A stretch of 64,000 nucleotides of DNA from Gordius albopunctatus (Eukaryota), in NCBI GenBank assembly GCA_964276515.1, contig OZ193910.1, positions 1 to 64,000 of the forward strand. The letters run 5' to 3'. The notes beneath the pieces were generated by a model. That model made no database searches and was not told where the DNA came from. It worked only from the letters and a program-made list of their open reading frames with translations. The position numbers and the translations under genes are program-made. Of this stretch, positions 28,846 to 42,515 are shown piece after piece. Within the stretch, counting starts at the first letter, position 1, and every line of letters starts with the position of its first letter.

Positions 28846-30130
28846 TCGCTATGCAATTTATGGGCTCACTTTCCATTTTCCCAAGTAACGCACCGAAGTG
28901 TACCGCACCGTCATGTCACGGACCGAACGTGTCACGCACCAAATGTGTAACGCGACCGCATCTACACACGCTTAACGCTTTTGCCTCTCTAGATATGGGG
29001 TTCGATACCCGGAGCGGCCAAAAATTTTTTTATTTTTTAAATAAAATTAATTATTGTTCCTGTTAATAACATTGATAATATGGGTTAATGGCCGTGCTTA
29101 TGCCTCCCCAGATGTGAGGTTAAAATCACGGAGAGGCCAAAAACATTTTTTTAAATTAATATATTACTCTTGTTACTACCATTGATAATATGACTTTTTG
29201 GCCGTCCGCTGGCTGTTGACCAATGAAAAAATGACCATTGGCCAAATTGTGAAACAAAATTTTTTTTTCGTTTTTTTTGACTCTTATGTATTAATAGACT
29301 ACTCATGGTACGGACCAATGAAAAAAAATGACCATTGGCCAAAGTTTTAATCAATTTATTTTTCGTTGTTTTACTCTTATGTGTTTATATCAACTTTTAA
29401 CGTTACCTGGCTGCTGACCCATTGAAAAAATGACCACTGGCCAAAGTGTGAATCGAAATTTTTTTTCAGTTTTTTGGCTAACATTGATTTATAGACCATC
29501 TGTTGGTAGTCAACAATGGAAAAAAATGATCATTGGCCAAAATGTGAATCGAATTTTTTTTCGTTTTATTTGGCTAACATTGATTTATAGACGGTCTCTT
29601 GGTACTGATCAATGGAACAATTTAGCACATGTAAATTTTTTGAAATATTCTTATGATACCTTGACATTTTTAGATGCGCGGTCGTAACAGGGAATAGCGG
29701 AGCTATTGCATCGCTATTGTACACTTTAAATTTAATTTTTTTTTCATTACTCTCCATATATAATATGCCTATTCATTTCGCTTAGGAATTTATGGGTTTT
29801 ATGCGAATTTCCTTAACGCTAAGATTATCTAATCAATAAAGCCTTTCTAAGCACGTGACTAGGCACAATACTTCCATACATACATCCATATTATTTTAAT
29901 TGCAATACCTTTTGTCAGTTATATTAATTGTTATGCAATCATGACGATTCCTACATAAATTGCATAGCAAATAAGCTTTGTTTATAGGAAGTATAAAAGA
30001 GTAATCGATGTGTATAAGGATTTGAAGTAAAGATACGTGAAGCATGGACTGGCCTAAGCTAAACGGTGGTCTGGGGGCGGAGCATCCAGGTAACGGGGGT
30101 TTGGGGGCGAAGCCCCCAGTTACGCATTTT
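28846..30130 (+). mobile_element. Non-autonomous Helentron/DINE-1-like element (copy 1)
   Basis: Subterminal inverted repeats GCTATGCAATTTATG (28848) / CATAAATTGCATAGC (29954), short GCACCG-type repeats, central ~97-bp tandem repeats, and a 3' hairpin TGGGGGC-GAA-GCCCCCA (30102..30118). Confidence 0.65.
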
Positions 30131-30788
30131 CTTAATTAATTATACCACATTGATTATGATATATATTTGAATATGAAAATAGGTAACCAAATTATGAATT
30201 AAATAGATAAATGGTATATGAATGCAATTCAGGTATTTAAATTGGGATAGGCAGGAGGGGAGGCTGTCCTCCCTAAATCCGGAAATTTGTAAAAAGCATT
30301 ATTTTGCTCCCCTCTAGTTGCAATAATTCTGGCTACACCCAGCCCAACCCATGAAGCAACCATGCATTGAAAGATTAAAAAATAGTTCCCAAATGGTAAA
30401 CGTTAGAGGGCCATTAATTTTATATTTAGAATATGGTAATGTTATTCAGATATCATTTTACTACTTGCCACTGGCTTATATATGGTAAAGCGGGCTTAGT
30501 TTAACCTAAAGTTGAAGCAAAATTAGAGCAATAATGAAACATTTTTGAAGGTAACATTGTACGATATTTTGACTTAATTAAAGGCTACTTGCTGCTCAAT
30601 TACTCCGGGCCTAGGCTATTTTATAAATAATAGTAGGTCCGGATTGAAAAGATTGTATAAAATAGTAAACTCAGCATCGGATTATAATCAATCGGCCAGA
30701 TAATGTGCCTTATGACATAGGCCGCCGCACTGCCCAAATTTTTTGGCATCAACATTCAATTAAAGCGATCTCTTCTTCTTCTTCTTTA

Positions 30789-33765
30789 TCAGTTATTTGG
30801 TCCCACATTGGTGGGGTTTGTTTTGATAAGTTTCTTCCATCTTGACCGGGTTAGTGCCATGTCTTGACGAATCTCTTTAATTTCCATAACTTTATCGACT
30901 TGCCTTTTCCACGTGACACGGGGTCGTCCTCTTCCTCTCTTCCCCGGTATTTTCATGTCTAGCACTTTTCGATTTACGTCATCCGGGTCCCTTCTTAGTA
31001 TATGCCCATACCACCTTAGCCGATTTTCGTTAATCATGTCCGCCATAGGTTGAATACCCATTTTTGTCATGAGAAAGTCATTCGTCATATGGTCGAGCTT
31101 AGTATACCCCAAGCTCCACCGTATCATTCTCATCTCCGTGGCTTGTAATAACTTTACTTCAGTGGTGTTTAATGCCCATGTTTCACTTCCATAGAGTAAC
31201 ACCGGTCTTACGATGGATTTGTAAGCTTTGCTCTTCAACCATATTGGCATTTTCTTGTCGCACATTACACCGGATATACTTCGCCATTTAAGCCATCCTT
31301 TTTGAATCCGGGCATTGATTTCAGTTGCGCAACCTCCCTCTTGATGTAGCATAGAGCCGAGGTAATTAAACCTGTCTACTTTTGGGTATTTTAGGTGATC
31401 ATCCAGCGATGGGGTGCTTGTACCGTTCATTTCCGTGTATACCGTTTTTCGATCGTTGACCTTTAAACCATATCCAGCTAAGCACTTTGACCACTTTTCT
31501 GCTTCTTCGAATACCTTCTCCCTTGTTTCCTCGCATAGTACTATATCATCGGCATATAGCATACACCATGGCGATAACTTTTGAAAGTCCCTCATTATCG
31601 TGTCTATAATTATATTAAATAAAAAGGGACTTAAAGCAGAGCCTTGATGTAATCCAATATTAACCCGAAAAGGTTTAGAGTCTCCAACTGTCGTCCTAAC
31701 GCAAGAGTTTGAGGCTTCATAGATATTTTTCATAAGCCGTATATATGCGTCAGGTATATTTTGTTTCCTCAGGCACCACCATATTAAATCGCGGGGGACC
31801 GTGTCATAAGCTTTCTCCAAGTCGATAAAAACCATATGTAGATCTTTCCTCTTTTCACCATACTTATCCATCATTTGTCTTAGGGCGAAGATTGGGTCGA
31901 TTGTGGATTTGCCGGCCACGAATCCGAATTGATTAGCCGATATTTTCACCTCTTTTCTCAGCCTTGTTACTAAGATCCTTTCCAAAAGCTTCAAGGAGTG
32001 GCAAGTTAGCTTGATACCTCTGTAATTGCCGCAGTCCTGAGGGTCTCCTTTCCCTTTGAATAAGGGTATAATCGTGCTTGCTCTCCATTGATTAGGGATT
32101 CGCTCTTCTACCAATATCTTGTTAAGGAGGTTCGTCATGATGATGACTCCTTCTTCACGACATCCGAGCAATGCTTCCATAGGTATTCCATCTGGGCCAT
32201 TTGCTTTTCCTTTTTGCATCTTGTTCATTTGTGTCCTAACTTCATCCTTCTGAAAGAGTTCGACCATACTTATATTTGGCTCAATTTCGGGAAGGGAATC
32301 CTTGTCATTTGCAATATTCATAAGTTTCTTAAAATATCCTTTCCACCTTTCCATCACTTCCTTCGGCTTGAATAAGGTTTGACCCTTCTCGCTTTTGACT
32401 ATTTTAAGAACTCCGACATCTCGACTTTTCTTCTCCCTTATCTTGGCCAATTTGTACATAAGCCTATCGCCCCCTTTATGATCCAGTTTGTTTGCCATCT
32501 CGGTGTACGCAGCATTCTTCGCTTTTGCAACGGCCTTTTTTGCGGACCTCTTTGCGTCCCTGTACTCTTGATAATCCTCCGACATTTTTGATTTATGCCA
32601 CCGTCTATATAGATTTTTCTTTATTTCGATGAAATCTTTAACCGATTGATCCCACCACCATAGTTCCCTATTCATAGCTTTGCCTCCTTTGGTCTGTCCT
32701 AGAACACGAATCGCTGTTTCCTTAATGTCCTTAGATAGCATTTCCCAATCTTCGTCTACGTCCCTTTGCAACTTCCTTGCACCCAAGAGTGAGGAGGCAT
32801 TTTGATGGTATTCTTCGTTCGCCGACGTATTCTTTAGCCTTTCGTATCGAATTCGAGGTTCATATACCTTTCTTCTTTCGGGAAATACTCTTCTGTCAAG
32901 ATCCATAACAAGGGGACGATGTTGCCTGGCGATTTCTTCTCCCGGTATTACTTTGCAATCTTTGATACTCCATAAGTCCTTTCGCCGTATAAGCAAATAG
33001 TCGATTTGACTAAAATGCTTCCCACTTCTATTGGTCACAATATGATCTTCGCGCTTTTGAAAATAGGTGTTAACGATCGCCATGTCATATGCTTGGGATA
33101 CTTGGAGAAGTTTTTCCCCTTCTTTGTTCTTCAGATCATGCCCATAGCCTCCATGATTGCGTTCATACCCGAGGCGATCTTTCCCAAACATTGAAATCGG
33201 CCCCAATAATTAGTCTTTCTTCCTGTCGGATTCCTTGTATTTCCTTTTTCAATGATTCGAAGAATATGTCTTTCTCTGATTCCGAACACCTAATTTGGGG
33301 AGAATACGCGCACATAACGGTTAGGAGGCCCCCTTGATCCGCAATCTTTACCCACATTAGCCTGTCGGAACAACGTTTGACTTCCACCAGCTTGTCCTTG
33401 AACGATTCGCTTAGAACGATACCGACCCCGTTTCTACGATTTGGTGACCCACTGTAGAAAAGCTTGTATCCTTCTCCTAATTCCCGAGCTTTCGTTCCGT
33501 TCCACCTCGTCTCTTGTAGGCAGGCGATGTGTACCTTTCTTCTTTTTAACATCTGTGCGACCTCGATGCTCTTCCCCGTCAACGTTCCCACATTCCAACA
33601 CGTAATTCGCATTCTTTCCACAACTAGTTTCCTTAACCGCCTTCGTTGTGAGTTGGGCAGTAACCCTAGTGTATTTTTCACATTGCACGGGCGGGGTATG
33701 CAGTGCGCGTCGTTTTTGGAGGACGCCCTAGCCTTTTCTTGTAAAATCTCGTTTGAAACTATCAT
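30789..33765 (-). pseudogene. RTE APE-RT polyprotein with a single frameshift
   Basis: GADFN(AH)VGKDRLG is disrupted relative to the plus-strand copy; the rest is open. Confidence 0.9.
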
Positions 33766-33805
33766 AAATTTTGGAGTTGATTTTTATAGCCGGTTTCCGA
33801 CCTGA

Positions 33806-33849
33806 CGCCAACCCTCCACTTTTAGCACACGGACTTGGGACCGTCGTAG
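33806..33849 (-). ncRNA. Twister ribozyme core, 5'-truncated
   Basis: The minus strand reads CTACGACGG-TCCCAAGT-CCGT-GTGCT-AAAAGTG-GAG-GG-TTGGCG. Confidence 0.7.
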
Positions 33850-34507
33850 CCACCTATAAATTTGGTATACATCTGGGTTTGGGCATTGATCAAAATTTTT
33901 TTGTGCCAACGTTCTTGCAATGACGTCGTTATTCTTTTTTGAATAAATCCTATTTTTTCATAGATTTTATAACGATATGGGGATTTAAATTAAAAGCATT
34001 GCACCAGTAGCCCTGTCATTCACTTATGAACCACAATTTATAAATTAGAGACTTTTAGAGATATTATCAAAGACATAAAGGCATAGTTTAAACTAGGTCA
34101 AGTATTGCAGCCTATCCTTACCCTATTTCATTTTGCTTGTTCCGAGATAGATGGTTAAAAAAACCCAAGCTCTTATAGTTTCGAAGTGCGGTTTTTATAA
34201 TAAGAGCCATGGATTCATTCATAAATATGGGATTAGTAGCGATATTCACAAATTTTTCTAAACCTAAAACAAACATCCAAAAATATCCAAAATGATAAAT
34301 TCATTAAAATTGATGTTTTTAGCAGCTTTGCCAGAAAATAATTCAAAAACTTGTATATTCGTGTGTTTACCGTGAAACTCTACAAGAATCAGCAAACAGT
34401 TTGCCTGTTAATTTTTAAGTTTATTATTTGCTGACAAATGGATTTAACTTATTTAATTATAATGAATTAATCACTATTTTTGCAAAATGTTTTTCGTGTC
34501 CTTCTAG

Positions 34508-34636
34508 ATATATTCAATTCTACCTGTGAATCAAATAGCGATTGTGCATCAAGAAACTTTACAGTGTGCGATATAAAGAGAAAATTATGTGCATGCAACT
34601 TCAACACCTACCGAATAGATGAGTTCTGCGTTGCAA
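34508..34636 (+). CDS. Exon E of the Cys-rich module gene
   Basis: CTTCTAG acceptor and GTAAAC donor; 129 nt, phase 1-1; encodes IFNSTCESNSDCASRNFTVCDIKRKLCACNFNTYRIDEFCVA. Confidence 0.85.
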
Positions 34637-34809
34637 GTAAACATCTATTTGCGTTATTTCAATAATTATTTATTTTTACTTTGTATCAGATGCACTATTC
34701 TATGCATTGAGCAGGAGTCGCATTTATTAAACAAAAAATTTATTATTTAGATTTTGTTTATTTGATGTAGAAGCATTAAGAGGCGAACTATAAAAATGGA
34801 AAATATATA

Positions 34810-37800
34810 AAATATAAAAGCGAGTAAGAAACAAAATAAATAAATCATAATTCAAATGCGCCGCATGCAACATCCGTTAAAAGCGTCCAGATGTTGGCCA
34901 GAGATTTTAAATTATACTTTGAGAACAAAATACCTTGTTTAACGTTTAAGCAAAAAGCTGGTGGAATATTTAAAGACCGCGCAGCGCCCTCTAATTTCTT
35001 TAAAAAGTTTAATGGCGGCTGTTCTAAATGTCCTAGAGCATGAGGCAACAATAGAGTTATAAATATTTGAAGGTAGGAGTACCTGGTATTTGGCCGTTTT
35101 ACGAGCTTTGGCGAGGGTCAGAGCACTGCAATTTGTTGAACGGGGCGAATATGTCTATACAAGTTAAATCCCATTTAAATGGTAGACCACATTGCCAAGG
35201 CATCGTGGTAGAGCCGACGGATCGCATCCTTACTTCCAACGAACGGTCTAAAGGCTCTAAAATGGACGGAGTATTGAACGAGCATTTAATATTTTGTTCC
35301 TGTTAAATTTATTGAAAAGGCTGTGTATCAGGTGTCTTGAGTAAAGCTGTCAAATTTTATATTAGATACGAACTACTATTTTTTTAAAAGTAACTAGTTC
35401 CCAGTTCATTTTGGAAAAGGCAAAATAGTTCCAGTTCTTTATTCAAAATTTACAAAAATAACTAGTTCAAGCTCAAAGTTCAGTTCATTTTTTAAAATAT
35501 ATATTTATAGAATTTTAATTCGATCCGAAGGGTTTTCAAAAAATTTTTTATCTAATCCAAAATCAGTTTTTGAATATAAGTTTGACCGCAATTTTAAAAT
35601 TAAAATTGTATCAATCAAATTTTTATGGTGATTAAGTTTAAGTAAAAAAACTTAATATTGTTTATTTTATACTCTAAAATTCTATCCGACTAAAATAAAA
35701 TGTTGATCGATCTACTCCAATCCATTTTCGAACAGATTAATTTGATCCGTGCACACCTCTAATATGAACTAATTTTTTAACATAAATAAAGATTTTTTCC
35801 TTATGGATAAAACTTTAAAAATTTATCTTCTTAAGTAAATTTGGAAAAAAATTTTTAATCGATAGAAGTTTATTTCCTAATAATTAAGTATGTTGTATAT
35901 TAGAAATAGTTATTTATTTAGCTTGATATTTTTCTATATACCAAGCTTTTTTCAACATAACTAAATCAGCTATATAATTTTTAAAAAAAATTCGATATGT
36001 AAAACTTTTATTTTTCATTTCAAACAATATGATATATATAATTACAATTGATTATAGAAATCAGGGGGAAGTAAATGGGAATTAGACCTAACTTAATTAT
36101 TATTTTCAAAATTATCTTTTAATAAAGAAAAACGTTTATCCCCAAAGATAAGTTGTCCTTAATTGAAAAGCCATTTAACAGGAGCTTTGGATGGAAGGCA
36201 AACGTTATAGTTAATAAAAATTTGTTTTAAATGTGGAAATTGGTTATATATATCAAATGAGGTATTTTTGAGTTTTATCATCTGGCCTTAATTGAATTTT
36301 TATTAGACGATACGAATTTAAAATAATCTTCCATCGAAGGTTAACGTTATGATTTAGGTAGATGAGAACATGCTTATCATTCCAATTATACAATTCAGAG
36401 GAAATATTAGATTTACCCTCAATATCATCTTTACTAATTACAGGCGCATATAAATCATATAAATCAGACTAATGTTTCTTTATTGACAATAATACAGACT
36501 CGATTGTTGTTGTTGTTTTCTATCATATCAAAAATGCGCGCGTAATAAATCTTTCTTGTTTATAAAACAATTATAATCGGCTTATAAATTCATTTTAAAT
36601 AATAATTTTTGTGATGAACTAGTTTATTTTTATTGTAAAGTTTAATTTCAAGTTCAAAATTATAAAAAAAATAACTAATTCAAGCTCAAATCTAAAAAAC
36701 CGAACTAGTTGAAGTTCATTGGTCAAATTGTTCCGTTCTAAGATCGGAAAAAAGTGAACTAGTTCAAAATAAATAGTTCTTAACAGCTCTAGTATTGAGT
36801 AGACGTCTACCTGCTGGAAGCAGTTGCGGAAAGAAAATACTTTAGAATAGGGAATTCCCAGTCTAAGGGCGATGGAATATTATAGCTCAGGGTCCTTTAA
36901 TCTCAATCAAGAAGTTGAACTAGGATAAGCTTCTAGCCATTCGTGACCCAATCTGTCAAAAACAAAAGATTTTAGCCTGAAGTGCTCGTGGGCGTCGCTG
37001 CTGAATAAGAGGTAATCAACGGGGCGCAATACGAAGCCGCCATCCCCATCCTTTCATCCTGAGATTGAGACGTTTGCAGACAAACATGTAAAGCGAGGAC
37101 AAAAGATGGGTCATATCTTGGTGTAATTAATCAGTCGATGAAAACAGGGGGGAGATTTATAGGAAGAGATGAAGGCCGACGATTAGATTGAGGCAGCTAG
37201 GCATGGCTAAGCCGCCTACTTTAGTGGGTAATAAGGCTTGGAGCCAAGAGGGAGTGCTGAATTTAATGGTGAGGATTGTTTGCAGAGAACTTATCTTAAA
37301 GCTATCGTAATTTTTTACAATATCAGGAACCAGAAAAGCGATGAAGAAGCAAAACAGTGTTGAATTCTAGATTGAAATATATCTCCATTTGACTTTTAAA
37401 AAGGTTTAAAAATGGGAAATACGTCGTATTCGGGCTGAATATCTCGCATTTGGTGATATTCAATTTTGGGTTTATGACGGCTTCATTATCTCACCCGACC
37501 CCACCCGAAAGCGTTTTTATTAAATAAAAAATAATCATTTTTTAATATTTTACCTTTCGTGATTCAACTTTAAATTGAATATTTAACTATATCTTTATGT
37601 AGTTAAATTTATAATTTACTCTATAGACTATAAACAATAATAAATACTCATTTGTTAAAATATTTTACCTTTCGTGATTCAGCTTTAAATTTAAATTTGC
37701 CTCCAAATTAAACGAATTAAATAAATAGGAAAGGAAATTGATTCTATGAATGATTGATTATAATTAGTTATAAAATTCGATATTTTTTTACAAAAATTAT

Positions 37801-38330
37801 AGATAATAGCATTAATTTAACAAATACTACGTTTCGTTCATTTTGTAATGTAAGATTCATATCCTTTGAGTCCCCGACTCTATAAATCCAACCCGACCCG
37901 AATGCATTCTAAAATTTTCAACCCGTACCCGACCCGATCGGGTTTCGGGTAACCCGTGCAGGCCTCTAGGTAGGGACTCGTTCTGAGGAGGGGATGTAAG
38001 ATATGAACTGATGGTATAAATCGAGGGAAGAGGGAGCAATTTATTTATTTTTCGAAAATTTGTTTGGCAATCTGCTTGGCAGTGTGAGAAATTTGAGGTG
38101 GTTTGTGTTGGGGAATATTTTTAAAACTTTATCAATATTGAAATTCAATATTAAGCCTAATATTTTTGTACAAATTTTTTTCATCGGGTCTTATGGCATA
38201 TACTGTATGATAAGTGAGTCTGAAATTTTTATCCCAATCAGTGAGATTTATAAGATGGAAGTTATAAGATAAGAACTATTTAGTGGCCGGCCGAGCACCT
38301 CTAAGAATTCTTGAGATGGTGCTGGGAAAG
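34810..38330 (-). mobile_element. Degenerate CRE-like non-LTR element interrupted by MITEs
   Basis: Minus-strand LPTKVGGLA (~37205-37230) and LEPLDR...RIRSVGSTTMPW...LKWDLTCID (~35150-35260) resemble the fragments at 6000-6560 and 13850-14300. Confidence 0.65.
35342..36791. mobile_element. Non-autonomous hAT element
   Basis: TIRs TAAAGCTGTCAA / TTAACAGCTCTA, GAACTAGTTC subterminal repeats, and an 8-bp TSD GTCTTGAG / GTATTGAG. Confidence 0.8.
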
Positions 38331-38628
38331 GTTAAGCTAAAAATGAATCACTCTAAGAATAGTCCCGTTTTCTTTGCCAAAACACTACCTAAACTTAACT
38401 TAAATCAATGCTACCTTATTGACTACATTCAATATGAAATTAAGTCAAAGACTGATGATTGATGGGTGGCTTATTAATTTTGTTGAATGTATTTATATGA
38501 TTAACATAAATCATCGTATTTGATAAAAAATTTTAAATGCACGCGACGTTTCTTATAAATGTAAAATTTTCAATTTATTATTTCTTAATAAAAAACAAAG
38601 AATGCTATAATTTTTATTCAATGATTAG

Positions 38629-38745
38629 AAAAGAGATTGGGTGCTAATTGCAATGAAAGTTATGAATGCAAGTCCGATTTTTGTGATGGAAATACATGTC
38701 GATGCAGAATTGGCCATTACTTAGAAAAAGATCAGTGTCTAGTTG
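38629..38745 (+). CDS. Exon F of the Cys-rich module gene
   Basis: AG at 38627-28 and GT at 38746; 117 nt; encodes KRLGANCNESYECKSDFCDGNTCRCRIGHYLEKDQCLV. Confidence 0.85.
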
Positions 38746-38788
38746 GTATTCTTTTGCTTATAAAAGCTATTTTAAAATAATTGTCAAG

Positions 38789-38920
38789 GAAAAAAACCTG
38801 GATCTGTGTGTTCCAAAGATGATGAATGTCAAAGTTTCACAAAACATAGTTCCTGCGTTAATTTCCTCTGTCAATGTACTCCAATGTTCCACCTCGAGAA
38901 GAAAAGCTTTTGCGTTCCAG
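38789..38920 (+). CDS. Exon G of the Cys-rich module gene
   Basis: 43-nt upstream intron; CAG|GTATCA donor; 132 nt; encodes KKPGSVCSKDDECQSFTKHSSCVNFLCQCTPMFHLEKKSFCVP. Confidence 0.85.
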
Positions 38921-40620
38921 GTATCATTTTAAATAACCAATTAGAGATTTTTAGTTGCTGAAATTTGCGTTAGATATTTCATAAAACTTAATCATAGGCT
39001 ATAAAGTTATGATTTAAATTTATATTATATTGAATAATATAGGTGTGTTTATACCTAGCGCAGACTATATTTTAACGTGCATATATTAACCGTTTTAAAT
39101 AGATTTCTCATATCGATAACATCGTTATATAAATTAAAACTCTGCGCATTGTAAATGTTACCATTTTATAGAAACATATAATAAATTTTATTAGCCTTTT
39201 CCTTCGTATATTTAATTAGCGTTTAGAATTTTTAAAATAAGACAATCAGATATTTTAAGTACAAAATATCGCCTGCAAGATTATCAAAGAAATTTCATTC
39301 ACAGATTCTATGATGAACGCTTTAGTAATGGATCAAGCGGTGCGGGGTAAATTCTAGGGTATTTAATTTTCATCATTAAAAATGGCACCGTGGGACATTT
39401 TCCCTAGAAAACTACCGTTTTTCCTGGGAAACTTCCCCAGGGAAAAATATTTTTTCCTTAGTGAAAATTCCCTTAAATAATATATACTTTTGAATATTAA
39501 TTTTGTTTTTTATATCATCCTCTAATTATTCTAATAATATAATATATCATTTTTACCTCTTGGAAAATGTGGATTTATATCTTCGCTTCTTTAGGCTTTT
39601 AAAAATTTATATCTTTGAAGATTTTATTGTTATACACCTTGATTTAGATTGAACTAAACTTTGTTTTAAATCACCACATAGCTACATTCGATCGCTTTTG
39701 TGGCACTAATTAGGCTTGTTTTGAAATTAATGTAAGATTATAGCTAAAAGCTAACTTCTCATGCACAGTTAATATGTTGCAAAATTAAACTATTTAAAGA
39801 TCATAATGAGATAGCCTTACTTTTGGATTAGATTGTGTGTGAGTTTTATTATCTAATTTTATCGAACAACGCATTGCCACGATACATCTAAGCATTAATG
39901 CAGTTTTTAGCAATCACTTAAAATGAATCATATAAAACCGTAAAAGAATTTGTATTAACTCTGTTCGTCACCAAGAAAAACATAATATATATTTATTTCT
40001 TAAAATTGATATAAGAGCAATCTCCAACGTCTCCTTAGATTTGAGTGAGAGAGTACTTTGTTATCAGGCAAAAGATCGTCACAATGGAAATCGGCGTTAA
40101 ATTCAACCCGATTTCCATGCACACGGATCAATGCCATCCCTTTAGTGCTATAGCGCCTTTTTATATCTCTATGTTTAGTCCTGTATGTAATTTTTTGTAT
40201 ACCATTCAATAAAACATTACTATTAATTAAAAAATAAACATTTTGATTGACACCGTTAGTTAATTAACCTAAAAAGTGTCTAATTTTTTGAATATATTAA
40301 CATAAGATTACACTTTATTACACTTTATTAAAAACTACATATAACCAATCCCAGCAGAGCCTATGTACTGACCTAATTTGAACTAACCTTAAAAGTTTTT
40401 TGATATTAAGCTCTTGTGTGACAAAACTTCTACATAATATTATGTTTATGTAAATGTAATATTTTAAATAATATAAATAAAAGAGGGTCAAGATGAGAAT
40501 CTAACTTATGTATCCATATAAGACAGATTCCCCAATCGAAAACATCTTTTAATAGTTTATTAATAAATTATCATAATCTCTTTCAATTCCAAAGTTGAAT
40601 TATTAAAAAAAATCGTGTCA

Positions 40621-41395
40621 TCTAATATATAAAATTCTCGTGTCACGGTGTTTGTAGTTAAACTCCTCCGAAACTGCTTGATCGATTTTTATGAAAATTT
40701 CTGCGAATGTTTGGTACGTCAAAGAATAGGTTTAAAACTTTTTTTAAACCTCTAAATGATAAGACATTCGATTTGTTTTATACGTTTTAACACTTAATAA
40801 TATGTCAATCATAAGCAAATTCATGACGTCGTCAGTAATTTGATTTATATGTTTTGACACTCAATTAAGAGAATAAATTATTTTGCTAAGTTTTTTTAAA
40901 ATATTTTTTAGTCATGTATGTAATTTTTTGTATACCATTTAATAAATTTATAAAATTATTTTAACAAAAAAAGGACTTAATTCATTTTTTGCTCCGTAGA
41001 ATAAACAAATGCTCATTAGAATAATTAAATGCTCAGTAAATAATTTAATGTTTAGTAATTTAATTATATGTTCAGTATAAAATTCATTTGTTTAGTTTTT
41101 TATTCAAATTTTGCTCAGTAATTTTTTTATTTATGTTAAGTAATTACGAATTCGTTTTTAAAATAAAAACCTAAAGGCAGATTCTAACCCAAAATTTTTA
41201 AGTAAGAGTCTCTGGTATTACCCATGGAGTCAAAATGCTCGTCTAAAAAGTGGTCTAATTTTGTTAACATGTTAATAAAAATAAATTTTATTTTATAAAA
41301 CTACTTTCTCTTTTGCGCTCATTTTGAATAATTATATACTTTAATACTCGATTAAGATATAAATAGGTTATACTGGCAGACAAAGTGTACCGGAA
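40621..41395 (+). mobile_element. Non-autonomous Helitron-like element (5' end clear)
   Basis: a|TCTAATATATAAAATTCTCGTGTCACGGTGTTTGT...AACTCCTCCGAAAC...GATCGATTTTTATGAAA is typical of invertebrate Helitron 5' ends. The 3' end is uncertain. Confidence 0.55.
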
Positions 41396-42289
41396 GGAAA
41401 TTTTAAATGATATATAAAAGCCCCGCGGGCCGGGCTTGGACGGGCTTCTGCTTAAAAATAAAACAACGGGGCGGGCCTGGACGGGCCGATATATAATGTA
41501 ACAGACTCGCGCCGGGCCTAGTTATTCATAAGGCCCGTTAAAATCCCGTTAAAAAATTAATTAGATTTAGTATAAAAGAAGATATTTTTATAATTTTCTA
41601 ATTTGTAATTATTTTATGTATATATTAAATTAACGAGGAAAGTTAAATTTTGTTTCCATCCTAGTTCATTAATTCATCAATAGCTCAACCCGTATTATAA
41701 ATGTTAAAGGTAATTTATACACGTGATCCCATGGGCGGAGCCAATATAAATTAGAGGGGCGCAGTTTAAATAGGGCAAAAAATGTTCTTTTTATCAGGAA
41801 TTTTTGGATTTGGAGGTGTACAGCTGCCCATATTTGCCTCCCCATTTATACCCTCTAGCAATATTGAGTGAATTAATTTAATATTATTTAAAAATATTTT
41901 TTATTTAAATTGCTATGCAATTTATGGGCTCTCTTTTGGTTATCCGTCCTGCCCTGTCCAACTTGTAATTTTAGCAATAATTGCCGTGGAAACTTATACG
42001 GATTTTTAATGGGCCTGGACTTATGATTTTGTGAAAGACTTCTTTTATTTAGCTGACCGCTGATTGGCTTTACTGTTTTCGACCTCGCCCAAGCTCAAAT
42101 TCCATTATTGTTTTTGTGCCTGACTGATCACCCTTATTAATGAACTTATTTTGGCAATTTGTCTAGGTTGTTAATTTATAACGGATGATTGCGAAACTGG
42201 CTAAATAATTCCCTGCAAATTAATGCTCACCGTTGTTAACTTCTACTTTATCTGACCCCGGCCAAATGCCAAAATTTATATAGTCAAAG

Positions 42290-42515
42290 AATTTTCAGCT
42301 TTGTCTATGTGAATTGCCAAATGATTGTGAAAATGGTTTAAAGGCAAATGCAATTGTCCATTGCTTTTTGAGCAATATATCTGCACGCATATGGTTCTGT
42401 TGGCAATTAAACTTAAATTTTGCCAAGCACCTAAAGAAGCCAAAGTGTGCTTATAGGGCAAAAAAGAAAGCGAGGCAGACCCTCAAAGGCTAAATCAGCC
42501 TTTATTTTACTAATG
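42290..42515 (+). pseudogene. SWIM zinc-finger C-terminus of a MULE-like transposase
   Basis: GKCNCPLLFEQYICTHMVLLAIKLKFCQAPKEAK / GQKRKRGRPSKAKSAF (CxC...CxH plus an AT-hook-like GRP), frameshifted. Confidence 0.7.

Larger units (their letters stand above)
30771..33849 (-). mobile_element. Young, near-full-length RTE-clade LINE
   Basis: APE ORF 33163..33765 plus an 805-aa APE/RT ORF 30789..33206 (YADD), separated by one indel near 33185; (GAA)n tail at 30771-30787. Confidence 0.97.
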
